Source: an uncultured delta proteobacterium (GTDB taxonomy: Bacteria > Desulfobacterota > Binatia > JACPRU01). Taken from it: a stretch of DNA of 64,000 nucleotides. Numbering within the stretch: the stretch's first letter is position 1; each line of letters starts with the position of its first letter. The notes below the pieces were generated by a model, which did no database searches, was not told the DNA's origin, and worked only from the letters and a program-made list of their open reading frames with translations. Location: the NCBI GenBank assembly GCA_963745025.1, contig CAVUWD010000011.1, forward strand, positions 192,001 through 256,000. Direction: 5' to 3'. This document shows, one piece after another, positions 10,649 through 19,659 of this stretch. The translations under genes and the position numbers were made by a program.

Positions 10649-11036
10649 TCTTCGTGGCGCGGATGACGCGATAGATGTCGGCGGCGCGAAGCTTGAAGAT
10701 CCCCTTCAGACCGACCATCGAGGCGATCGCCTCGATCTGCATGTCCATCACCTCGAAGATCGGCCCTTCCGTCTCCGAGCGGTCGTACTCGACCTCTAGA
10801 TCCCAGGTCTCGAAGGTCTCGGGATTGACGACCCATACCAGCGCCCGAGGGTTCTCCCGCACGTTGCGGGTGGTCTTGTTGAAGAATTGATGGGACAGCG
10901 CCACGTGATCGGCGTCGACGTAGTAGACCTGGGAGATGGAGCTCGCGTTCGGGATCCCGTCGCCTGAGCAGGTCACGACGTGAGAGGGAAAAATGCCCTG
11001 CATCGCAGGCTTGATCTCGTCCGGCAGGATTCCCAC
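10623..11036 (-). CDS. Pyridoxamine 5'-phosphate oxidase-like (split-barrel) protein
   Basis: VVTCSGDGIPNAS, VALSHQFFNKTTRNVRENPRA. Confidence 0.8.
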   Translation of the reverse strand: MGILPDEIKPAMQGIFPSHVVTCSGDGIPNASSISQVYYVDADHVALSHQFFNKTTRNVRENPRALVWVVNPETFETWDLEVEYDRSETEGPIFEVMDMQIEAIASMVGLKGIFKLRAADIYRVIRATKNAAERPHP

Positions 11037-11051
11037 GGCGGCGCTCCTCGC

Positions 11052-11516
11052 TTATGCCAGCTTGCTGCCGGCGCCGGGGCCAGGGGTCTGTAGGAAGACC
11101 TCCTCCACCCGGAAGGTGATCGCCACGCTCGGTCGGTAGGGGATCGCTCGAATGAGAGCGGTCGCGAACTCCTCGGGGAAGACTTGGCGAGCCGCGGCGG
11201 CCAGCTTCGCGAGATAGGCCTCTTGAAGCGCGAGCTCCTGCTCGTCGGCCGGTCGCGACGAGGCATAGGTGCCCTTCAGTTGGTAGGCTTCATGACTGAC
11301 CAGGCCGACGGCGAGTGCCACGCGCCCGTTGTCGCGAAGATCTCGAAGGATCCTTCCGGAAACGCTCTCGGCGACGAAGAACGTGACCGTCTGCCGGTCC
11401 TCGCTCACGAAGGCACCGACTGCGAAGGCGTGGGCGGGGTGCAGCTCCGCGTCGCGCGTGCCGACGTGCATGAACACCGGTCCGCGAAGAACCTCGAGGA
11501 CTCTGTCAGGGATCAT
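11052..11516 (-). CDS. Pyridoxamine 5'-phosphate oxidase-like protein
   Basis: VGTRDAELHP, DLRDNGRVAL, YQLKG, C-terminal FLQTPGPGAG. Confidence 0.75.
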   Translation of the reverse strand: MIPDRVLEVLRGPVFMHVGTRDAELHPAHAFAVGAFVSEDRQTVTFFVAESVSGRILRDLRDNGRVALAVGLVSHEAYQLKGTYASSRPADEQELALQEAYLAKLAAAARQVFPEEFATALIRAIPYRPSVAITFRVEEVFLQTPGPGAGSKLA

Positions 11517-11579
11517 CGGAGCCGACCGCTATCGCCACCCGCAGAACCAAGTCAAGGCGAGCGCGGAGGAGCCTTTCCC

Positions 11580-11969
11580 TCACGTCTCTCCCTCCAAACG
11601 CAAGCGCTCGGCCTTGGCGTAGGTGTGTTTCTCGCGCACCAGACCGTCGCGGACGTGGAGGATGTCGAGTCCGCGCCAAAATCGCCGGCGTGCTGCCTTC
11701 TCGATCTCGCAGCGCCAACGAACAAGCGCCTTCCCGGCCCGCTCGTCGACGAAGAGATCCTCGATGTGGAAGCGGATGCGGCCGAAGTCGCCGCGGAATT
11801 GCGGTGTGAAGACCTCGCGGATCGCCTGCTTGCCGACGCTCCGGCGGCCGTCGAACTGCTCGTACACGGCGTCTTCCGACATCAGTGACAGGACTTCCTC
11901 GAGGTCCTCGCGGTTGAAGGCCTCGGTGAAGCGGACGACAAACTCTTCGAGAACCGTTCGCTCGATCAC
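11580..11969 (-). CDS. SnoaL/NTF2-like protein
   Basis: FTEAFNREDL...SEDAVY...GKQAIR...GLDILHVRDGLVREKHTY. Confidence 0.85.
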   Translation of the reverse strand: MIERTVLEEFVVRFTEAFNREDLEEVLSLMSEDAVYEQFDGRRSVGKQAIREVFTPQFRGDFGRIRFHIEDLFVDERAGKALVRWRCEIEKAARRRFWRGLDILHVRDGLVREKHTYAKAERLRLEGET

Positions 11970-12161
11970 CGTCGAGCCTCCTTGCGCCTGCTACCTAGCA
12001 CAGCCGCGCAATCGCTTGCACCCGCGGGCAACACCTCCGCGTACCGATTGACCTCCGCAACCGATCTTATACGGTACCGCCAGCGAACCCGTGAGCCGCC
12101 ACCACGGAGACGGGCGTGCCACTCGTGGCGGAAAAAATCTTGGACGGAGGGAAAACCGGAG

Positions 12162-13061
12162 ATGGCGAACGTAACGGCCAACGGCATCCGCATCGAGTAC
12201 GAAACGTTCGGCGACCGCAGGCATCCGGCGATGTTGCTGATCATGGGGCTCGGCGCCCAGATGATCTTCTGGGACGACGACTTCTGCGGCGAGATCACCA
12301 GCCGCGGCTTTCACCTCATCCGCTTCGACAACCGCGACTGCGGGCTCTCCACCCACTTCTCCGAGAAGGGCATTCCCGACGTCTTCAAGGCGGTGACGGC
12401 ATCGCTGGCCGGCGAGAAGGTCGAAGCGCCGTACTCGCTCGGCGACATGGCGGCCGACGCGGTGGGGCTGCTCGACCGGCTCGGCATCGCGGGCGCACAC
12501 GTCGTTGGCGCGTCGCTGGGAGGCATGATCGCACAGACCATCGCCATCGATCATCCGGCGCGGGTTCTCTCGCTCACCTCGATCATGTCGACGACGGGAA
12601 ACCCAGAGGTGCCGCCGGCGAAACCCGAGGCGTTGGCGGTGCTGCTCACGCCGACGCCCTCCGATCGCGCGCAGTTCCTCGATCACATGGTACGGTCGTT
12701 TCGCATCATCGGCAGCCCAGGGTTCGAGCTCGACGAGGCGGGCTTCCGCGACCGCGTCGGTCGCGCGTTCGACCGCAGCTACGATCCGGCCGGCGTCGCG
12801 CGACAGCTGGTCGCGGCCCTCGCTGACGGGAATCGCAAGCCGCGCCTGCGCTCGGTGCGGGCCCCGACGCTCGTGATCCACGGCAAGCAGGATCCGCTCG
12901 TCCCGGTCGAGGGTGGCATCGACACCGCCGATGGGGTCCCGGGCGCACGGCTGCTGGTGATCGACGGCATGGGCCACGATCTACCGCGCGGCGCCTGGCC
13001 CCAGATCGTCGATGCGATCGCGGACATCGCCGCGTCGGCCGACCGCGCCGCCGCCTCGTGA
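12162..13061 (+). CDS. Alpha/beta fold hydrolase
   Basis: LIMGLG, RFDNRDCGLS, GASLGG nucleophile, IHGKQDPLV, GMGHDLP; ATG 12162. Confidence 0.92.
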   Translation: MANVTANGIRIEYETFGDRRHPAMLLIMGLGAQMIFWDDDFCGEITSRGFHLIRFDNRDCGLSTHFSEKGIPDVFKAVTASLAGEKVEAPYSLGDMAADAVGLLDRLGIAGAHVVGASLGGMIAQTIAIDHPARVLSLTSIMSTTGNPEVPPAKPEALAVLLTPTPSDRAQFLDHMVRSFRIIGSPGFELDEAGFRDRVGRAFDRSYDPAGVARQLVAALADGNRKPRLRSVRAPTLVIHGKQDPLVPVEGGIDTADGVPGARLLVIDGMGHDLPRGAWPQIVDAIADIAASADRAAAS

Positions 13062-13082
13062 TCGCGTCCGCGGCCTGACGCC

Positions 13083-14336
13083 TCAGGCGAGCAGACGATC
13101 GAACCGCACGAGCGTTTCGCGAATCGCAATCTGGAACGGGCAGGCGGCTTCGCACGGGGCTGGGCAACCCGCGCAGCGCGACGCGTTCCGGTCCACGGCG
13201 AGGCGGGCGTACTGCTCCCGCGCGTGGCGCTGCCAGCCGTAGTCCTCGTGATACATCGCGAAGCGAAAGACGTCGTCGACGGCCACGCCGTTCGGGCAAC
13301 TGTCTAGGCATTCTCCGCAACCCGGACGGCAATACTCGCGCGCGATTCGCCGATCGTATTCCTCGAGCCGTACGAGGTCGGAGCCGGTCAGCGGCTGTCC
13401 CGAGGCATACAGGTACTCGTCGATCTGCTGGAAATCTTGGATCGACACGACGAGGCCGCTCACGTCGGGGTTCGAGAGCACCCACCGGAACGCGGCCTGG
13501 CTGAACGCCTGCTTTCCGCCCGCGAAGTCCTTCAGCACGGTCGCCCGAGCGCCCTTGAGGGTCTTCATCGCGACCACGCCGATGCCGCGCTTCCGGGCGT
13601 CACGGAAGACGTTCGTCAGGTCGGGCCAGTTCTTGAAGTTATAGGCGACGAGCAGCATCTGGAAGCGCCCGGAATCGACGGCGTGGCGCATCACCTGCTC
13701 GAGGTTCGGCGTGTGTGAGCTGACGCCGAGGAAACGGGCCTTTCCCTGCTCCTTCAGACGATCGAAGGCCTCGTGAAACGTCGGCGCCATCAGCCGATCG
13801 AGATCGTTGCACTCGTGGATGATCGCGACGTCGAGATAGTCGGTCTGCAGCCGCCGGAGACTCGCCTCGACGGACGCGATGACCTTGGCGACCGGCGTAT
13901 CCTTCGGCAGATGACCCTCCGCCGTGCAGAACTTCGAGGCGATGAACACCTTCTGACGGTACGGCTTGAGCGCCCGACCGATCACCTGCTCGCTGCCGGT
14001 TCGACTGTAGTCCGGCGAGGTGTCGAAGTAGTTGATGCCGCGTTCGACCGCACGCGCGACGACGTCGGCGCTGCCGATGCCGGCGCCGCCGAACGAGATG
14101 TCCGACATCTCGACACCGGTCGCGCCGAGCGGCCGGTATTGCCGCACCCTCGAGCCTTTCCAGGCCGGGTCGATCCGCTCGGCGTGGGTCGGCGCTTCAT
14201 GGAGGAGAAAGAGGTACGTCGAGTTCCTCCACGCCGAGTAGACCGCCGCGCCGACGCCGGCTCCCGCGGCGAGGCCGGCAGCGCCGGTGAGAACGCGGCG
14301 CCGTGTGAGACCCTTCAACTCGTCTCCGTCGGCCAT
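13083..14336 (-). CDS. Aldo/keto reductase with Tat-like N-terminus and C-terminal 4Fe-4S dicluster
   Basis: TRRRVL plus hydrophobic stretch; GINYFDTSPDY, SLRRLQTDYLD, AMKTL; CRPGCGECLDSCP...CAGCPAPCEAACP. Confidence 0.88.
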   Translation of the reverse strand: MADGDELKGLTRRRVLTGAAGLAAGAGVGAAVYSAWRNSTYLFLLHEAPTHAERIDPAWKGSRVRQYRPLGATGVEMSDISFGGAGIGSADVVARAVERGINYFDTSPDYSRTGSEQVIGRALKPYRQKVFIASKFCTAEGHLPKDTPVAKVIASVEASLRRLQTDYLDVAIIHECNDLDRLMAPTFHEAFDRLKEQGKARFLGVSSHTPNLEQVMRHAVDSGRFQMLLVAYNFKNWPDLTNVFRDARKRGIGVVAMKTLKGARATVLKDFAGGKQAFSQAAFRWVLSNPDVSGLVVSIQDFQQIDEYLYASGQPLTGSDLVRLEEYDRRIAREYCRPGCGECLDSCPNGVAVDDVFRFAMYHEDYGWQRHAREQYARLAVDRNASRCAGCPAPCEAACPFQIAIRETLVRFDRLLA

Positions 14337-14636
14337 GAGCGTCCTTCCACGGTCATGCTAATCGTCGTGGAAACACCGTTGCAACCCCCGGGGGTGTGTC
14401 GAGTGGGGGATCGACAATCTCCCCGCCGACGGTGGACATCGGTTCGGCTTCGCACGCCTCTCTCCGCGGCGCAATCGTCGGGCCGGTACAATGCGCGGCC
14501 ACGAAGTGGTAAACAGGAATAGATGGAGCTCCTCTATCGCGACATTCTGTGTCGCATGACGTCGATCTCGGCATCGTCACGATGAACCGTCCGGAGCGCC
14601 GCGACCCTTCGGGATCACGAGGGTGAGAGTCGGACG

Positions 14637-15671
14637 GTGAGCGAGGCGGGTGCGGCGAAGCAACCCTGGTTCGAGCTCTCCGACGACGAGCTCTTGAACC
14701 TGCGCTTTTGCGAGCTCGGCCTGACCCTTGAGGGAACCCACCTCGAGGCGTGCGTGGCGCAGCTCTACCGCGAGCTCGACGCGCGTCAGCTCGCCGTCCA
14801 TCCGCCGTGCTACCTCGGCGACGAATGGTTCTCCCCCGACGGGGTGCCGGCGATCGCCATTCCCTTTTACCTCGCGCATCCCCGCCTTCAGAGCCTCGAG
14901 AAGAAGATGATGATGGAGGTCGAAGGCGGCCGCCATACCGAGGACACGATGCGCTTTCTTCGCCACGAGTGCGGCCACGCGATCTGCCACGCGTTCGGCC
15001 TCACCGAGCGGCGGGATTGGAAGGTCGCCTTCGGATCCGCTTCGCGCGAGTATCGGGACCACTACCGCTATCAGCCCTACAGCCGGAACTTCGTCCGGCA
15101 CCTCGAGAACTGGTACGCGCAGAGCCATCCCGAGGAGGATTTCGCCGAGACGTTCTCGGTCTGGCTGACGCCCGGCCTCGATTGGAAGTCGCTGTATCGA
15201 GACTGGCCGGCGCACCGAAAGCTCGAGTTCGTCGAACGCCTGATGAGCGAGCTCGCCGGCAAGCCGGCCGTGGTCGCCGCGCGCAAGCGACCGTACGACG
15301 TTCGGCGGCTGCGCAGCCGGCTTCGCACCCACTACGCGGAGCGGCGCAAGCTCTTCGCGGAGGAATCGCCGAGCTTCTTCGACGCCGACCTCGAGCGCAT
15401 CTTCGTCGGCAAGACGGCGGCGACGAACGCCATGCCCGCGTCGCGATTTCTCCGCCGGCAGCGCGCCGCGATCGTCGACGCGGTCTCGTTCTGGACGCGC
15501 GAGCGCAAGTTCGTGGTCGACCGAGTGCTGAAGCAGCTGATCACGCGCTGCGACGAGCTCCGACTCTGCGTGCCCGGGGATGAGGACCGCGCGAAGCTCG
15601 AGACCGCCGCCTACCTTTCCGCGCTGGTTTCGAATTATCTCTTCACCGGCCGCCTGAAGCGAGGACCATGA
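14637..15671 (+). CDS. Putative zinc-binding metallopeptidase (zincin-like)
   Basis: LRHECGHA (HExxH), YAQSHPEEDFAETFSVWL. Confidence 0.8.
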   Translation: MSEAGAAKQPWFELSDDELLNLRFCELGLTLEGTHLEACVAQLYRELDARQLAVHPPCYLGDEWFSPDGVPAIAIPFYLAHPRLQSLEKKMMMEVEGGRHTEDTMRFLRHECGHAICHAFGLTERRDWKVAFGSASREYRDHYRYQPYSRNFVRHLENWYAQSHPEEDFAETFSVWLTPGLDWKSLYRDWPAHRKLEFVERLMSELAGKPAVVAARKRPYDVRRLRSRLRTHYAERRKLFAEESPSFFDADLERIFVGKTAATNAMPASRFLRRQRAAIVDAVSFWTRERKFVVDRVLKQLITRCDELRLCVPGDEDRAKLETAAYLSALVSNYLFTGRLKRGP

Positions 15672-16696
15672 AGCGCCCGCTGAAGCTGCTCGTCATCTTC
15701 GACTATCCGAACCGGCCTCCCGAGGACGACTATGCGGAGATCCTCGCGCTCGACGCCTGGAAGTGCGAGCGCGACGTCGTCGAGACGCTGCAGAAGCTCG
15801 GCCACGAGGTGCGCGTGCTCGGCATTCACGACCGCATCGATCCGCTGATCGCCGAGATTCGCGGCCACCCGCCCGACATCGTCTTCAATCTCGTCGAGGC
15901 CTTCGCCGAGGATCGCGAGCACGAGGCCAACGTCGCGGGGCTGCTGGAGATGCTCGGAGTCCCGTACACGGGCTGCCGGCCGGCTTCGCTGACCATCTGC
16001 CGCCACAAGGCGTTCACCAAGAGGATCCTCGCCCCGCACCGGATCCGAGTGCCGGGCTCGATCCTCATTCTGCGCGGCCAAACCAAGCGGAGCCTTCGTC
16101 CACTGAAGTTTCCGGTTTTCGTCAAGCCGCTCGGCCTCGAAGGATCCGACGGCATCGCCATGAGCTCGTTCACGGAAACCGCCGACGCGTGCTTCGAGCG
16201 CGTACGGTTTCTCCACGAGAGCCTCGCAACCGACGCGCTCGTCGAGGAGTACATCGACGGCCGGGAATGCTACTCCAGTGTGCTCGGCCTCGAGCGGCTG
16301 CGCGTGCTGCCGCTGCGCGAGATGGTGTTCACGAAGTTTCCCGAGGAGCGGCCCAAGTTCGCGTCCTTCAAAGCCAAGTGGGACGAGGCATTCCGCAAGC
16401 GCTGGGGCATCGAGAACACCTTCGCGGCCGACCTGCCCGACGGTCTGGAAAAGAAGATCGCTCGTATCAGCCGGACCGTGTTTCGGGCGCTCGAGCTCGA
16501 GGGCTGCGCACGGATCGATCTGCGGATCACGGCCGCGAACGAGATCTACGTGATCGAGGTCAATCCCAACCCGAACCTCGCGGGCGACGATGAGATCGCA
16601 CAGGCCGCCGCCAAGGTCGGAATCGCCTATCCCCAGCTCGTTCAACAGATCGTCGAGTTCGGCTTGCACCGCTCACGCTTCCGGGCGCTTGCCTGA
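15668..16696 (+). CDS. D-Ala-D-Ala-ligase-like ATP-grasp peptide ligase
   Basis: VFNLVE, GVPYTG, FVKPLGLEGSDGI, LVEEYIDGRE, RIDLR, IEVNPNP; ATGA overlap with the peptidase. Confidence 0.88.
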   Translation: MKRPLKLLVIFDYPNRPPEDDYAEILALDAWKCERDVVETLQKLGHEVRVLGIHDRIDPLIAEIRGHPPDIVFNLVEAFAEDREHEANVAGLLEMLGVPYTGCRPASLTICRHKAFTKRILAPHRIRVPGSILILRGQTKRSLRPLKFPVFVKPLGLEGSDGIAMSSFTETADACFERVRFLHESLATDALVEEYIDGRECYSSVLGLERLRVLPLREMVFTKFPEERPKFASFKAKWDEAFRKRWGIENTFAADLPDGLEKKIARISRTVFRALELEGCARIDLRITAANEIYVIEVNPNPNLAGDDEIAQAAAKVGIAYPQLVQQIVEFGLHRSRFRALA

Positions 16697-16906
16697 GTCG
16701 GGTAGCAGCCCGAGACGTTGTCAGGCCGCCAAGCGCGGGGGCGCGAGCCGCGCCGCGCTGTGCGGTGCATACGATGGGACTTTGTCTCGCTCGCAGAGCG
16801 TCACCGCGGAAGTCGCCCTTTTCTGAGTCGCCACGGGCCAGTCGACGATCCGCGATGCGCCGATCGCTGCCGCGATTGGCGCCGCTGTGCTACCACTCGG
16901 CGCGCC

Positions 16907-18040
16907 GTGAATGACGCGAACGAGAGGCGGAGGCGCTCTCTGGCCGGCGCCGATCTCTCCGGAGAGGATCTGCGGGAGTCGCAGCTCTCGGGTGCGGATC
17001 TGACCGGCGCTCGGCTGGCGCGCGCCAATCTCAACGGCGTCGACCTGCGCGGCGCCTGCCTTCGCGACGCTCGCCTCGACGGCGCCGACCTGCGCGACGC
17101 GATCCTCGACGGAGCGAGCCTCCGCTCGGCGAGCCTCGCTGGCACGCTCGCCAACGGCTCGCGCCTGCAGCGCGCCGACCTGTCGCTCGCTCACCTTCGC
17201 GGCGCCGATTTTCGCTCGGCCGATCTCAGCGAGGCGTTGCTCACGGACGCCGACGTCTCGCTCGCGAACTTCGAACGCGCCAACCTCTACGATGCCAACC
17301 TGATTGGCGCCGAACTCGGCGGCGCGAGCTTCCGCCACGCGGTCCTGTGCGGGGCGAATCTCCGCGAGTCGCACCTCGACGGTGCGGATTTCACCGGAGC
17401 GCGCTTTGCCTTCACCGTGCTCGCCGCGTCGGACGTGTCGCGCGCCCGCGGTCTCGAGGCGGTCGTCCACGATGGCCCGAGCACGGTCGGCGTGGATGCC
17501 TTCCTGCTCTCACGAGGCGAGATTCCCGACGCCTTTCTCCTCGGCATCGGCCTCTCGCCGCTCACCATCGAGTACCTGAAGGCCGTCGCCGCCGCCGAGG
17601 AAGGGATGCTCGTCGGCGACGCGCTCTTTTTGCTGTTCGCCGACTCCGATCGGGCGCGAGCGCGGCGGCTGCGCGCCTATCTGCGCATGCACCGCCACCT
17701 CGCGTGGTACTGGCACGAAGCGGAAGAGCTCGCCGGACGGCACAATCCAGATTTGAATCTCCGCGTGCGCTTCCATGACCGGCTGATCGTCCTCGTCTCG
17801 CGAGGCGCCGCCGAGACGAGCGGGTTGGCGGCTCCTTTGGCGCGAGCGTTGGCAAAGGAAAGCGCGGAACGGCGGCAGATCGTGCTGGCCGTGCGGATCG
17901 ACGACGCGGAGCTCTCGGACGTGCTCGGGGCGATTGGCCCGGATCGGATCGTCGCCGACTTCCGCGGCGTGGATTGGGAGGATCCACGAGACGGCGTGTT
18001 CCGCCGCGAGCTCGATCGCTTGCTCGCAGCGCTACGGTAG
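16907..18040 (+). CDS. Pentapeptide-repeat protein with degenerate C-terminal TIR-like domain
   Basis: Long A(D/N)Lxx tandem array; HDGPSTVGVD...GEIPDAFL linker; TIR-like FLLFADSD...HDRLIVLVS...VLAVRIDD...VADF; GTG start inferred. Confidence 0.8.
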   Translation: MNDANERRRRSLAGADLSGEDLRESQLSGADLTGARLARANLNGVDLRGACLRDARLDGADLRDAILDGASLRSASLAGTLANGSRLQRADLSLAHLRGADFRSADLSEALLTDADVSLANFERANLYDANLIGAELGGASFRHAVLCGANLRESHLDGADFTGARFAFTVLAASDVSRARGLEAVVHDGPSTVGVDAFLLSRGEIPDAFLLGIGLSPLTIEYLKAVAAAEEGMLVGDALFLLFADSDRARARRLRAYLRMHRHLAWYWHEAEELAGRHNPDLNLRVRFHDRLIVLVSRGAAETSGLAAPLARALAKESAERRQIVLAVRIDDAELSDVLGAIGPDRIVADFRGVDWEDPRDGVFRRELDRLLAALR

Positions 18041-18102
18041 TCGGCGGGCGTGAAGTCTGTCGCCACGTTGCCAGCGCTAGCGCCGCCTGCCAGACTCCCT
18101 GC

Positions 18103-18735
18103 GTGGACCCCTCCGGTCGCAGCGTACGTTTCACGGTCTTTTCCGACTTCCTCTGACCGTGGTGTTTCAACGGGGCCGTGCGCCTCGAGAAGATCACCGA
18201 GGAGTTCGGGGAGTGCTGCGTCATCGAGTGGAAGAGCTTCCTCTTGCGGCCGTATCCGGAGCGAAAGTCGCTCGACAAGTTCCGTGAGTACACGGAGTCG
18301 TGGTCGCGGCCGGCCGCCGAGCCGGAGTCGGGGAGCTTCACCGTGTGGTCGACCGACGAGGCGCCGCCCAGCCATTCCGTGCCGCCGGCCATCGCCGCGA
18401 AGGCGGCCGCGCGGCAAGGCACCACGGCCTTCGCCCGCTATCACCGTGCGCTGATGGAGAATTACTTCCACCAGAACCGCAACATCACCGAGCCGCAGAA
18501 CCTGGCCCGCATCGCCGCCGAGACCGGCCTCGACGTCGCAGCGTTTCTCGAGGCGCTGCGCGATCCGGCTCTCGGTCGCGAGGTCATGGACGACCACAAC
18601 CAGGCGGTTTCGATGGGAATCAGCGGCGTGCCGACCGTGGTCGTCGACGGCCGCTGGCAGCTCACCGGCGCGCAGCCGCGCGAGATCTACCGACGGATCG
18701 TCGAGCTCCGGTTGGCTGGGAAATCACTGGGCTGA
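18103..18735 (+). CDS. DsbA/FrnE-like thioredoxin-fold selenoprotein (Sec at UGA 18154-18156)
   Basis: Reading through TGA gives FTVFSDFL-U-PWC followed in frame by a FrnE-like body (GISGVPTVVVDG...GAQP); SECIS-like hairpin follows; start codon uncertain. Confidence 0.8.
18157..18198 (+). promoter_or_regulatory. Candidate bacterial SECIS element
   Basis: GGTG-TTTC...GGGGC-CGTGC-GCCTC...GAAG-AT-CACC stem-loop; apical loop about 20 nt after UGA with G then U. Confidence 0.55.
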
Positions 18736-18882
18736 GCGAGCCCCCGCGAGGCGGGGCATGGCCGCCAGCACGCATTACCGATGAAGGATCTCGTCTCTTC
18801 CGTCGGGGAGAGGCGACGCGGGCTCCAAGTTCCTTTTCACGCGTTCCCGGATCCGTGTATCTCCTCGGCGAGGAGGACCGCG

Positions 18883-19659
18883 ATGCTCAAACTCTACGAA
18901 CATCCACTGTCGCCGTACGCCCAAAAGGTGAAGATCGCCCTCGAGGAGAAGAACGTCGCCTTCGAAGCGACGATCCCGAACCTGTTCGGCTCGGATCCGG
19001 CGTTCGAAGCCGCCAGCCCGCGTCGGGAGGTGCCTTGTCTGATCGACGGCGACGTGCAGGTCTTCGATTCGACGATCATCCTCGAATATCTCGAGGACAA
19101 ATGGCCGAAGCCTCCCATGCTGCCCGCCGAGCCCGCCGAGCGCGCACGCGTGCGCATGCTCGAGGAGCTCTGCGACACCTATTACGAGGCGATCAACTGG
19201 GCGCTCGCGGAGATCCGCTTCTTCCGCCGGGTCACGGGCGCCGCCGCCGAACGGCTAGCGGCGCGCGCGGGCGAGCAGATCGCGGGCGTGCACGCATGGC
19301 TCGAGCGTCAGCTCGGAAGCCGAACGTGGTTCAACGGCGCGACCTTCGGCTGGGGCGATTTGAGCGTCGTCCCCTACGTGAACGGCTCGGCGGGGTTCGG
19401 CTTCGCTCCACCCGCCGGCTCGCGGCTTGCCGCCTGGGCCGACCGCGCGCGCGAGCGGTCGAGTGTGGCGCGCACGATGGAGGCGGCGCTCGCGGCGATG
19501 CCGGCGTTCGAGCAGGTCGGCTTGCTCATCGAGTCGGGAACCTTCGTGCGCGAGTATCGCGACCATCGTCTGGAATGGATGATGAGGAGCGGCGGCCGCG
19601 ACATCGTCCTCGAGGGGATGGAGAAGAAGAACATCCGGTTCGCAGTGGAGCTTCGCTGA
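18883..19659 (+). CDS. Glutathione S-transferase family protein
   Basis: LYEHPLSPYAQKV, EVPCLID, DSTIILEYLEDKWP; AGGAGG RBS. Confidence 0.9.
   Translation: MLKLYEHPLSPYAQKVKIALEEKNVAFEATIPNLFGSDPAFEAASPRREVPCLIDGDVQVFDSTIILEYLEDKWPKPPMLPAEPAERARVRMLEELCDTYYEAINWALAEIRFFRRVTGAAAERLAARAGEQIAGVHAWLERQLGSRTWFNGATFGWGDLSVVPYVNGSAGFGFAPPAGSRLAAWADRARERSSVARTMEAALAAMPAFEQVGLLIESGTFVREYRDHRLEWMMRSGGRDIVLEGMEKKNIRFAVELR

Noticed and set aside
16940-17400. 15-bp periodic DNA as a separate repeat element
   Set aside because: Fully explained by pentapeptide-repeat coding
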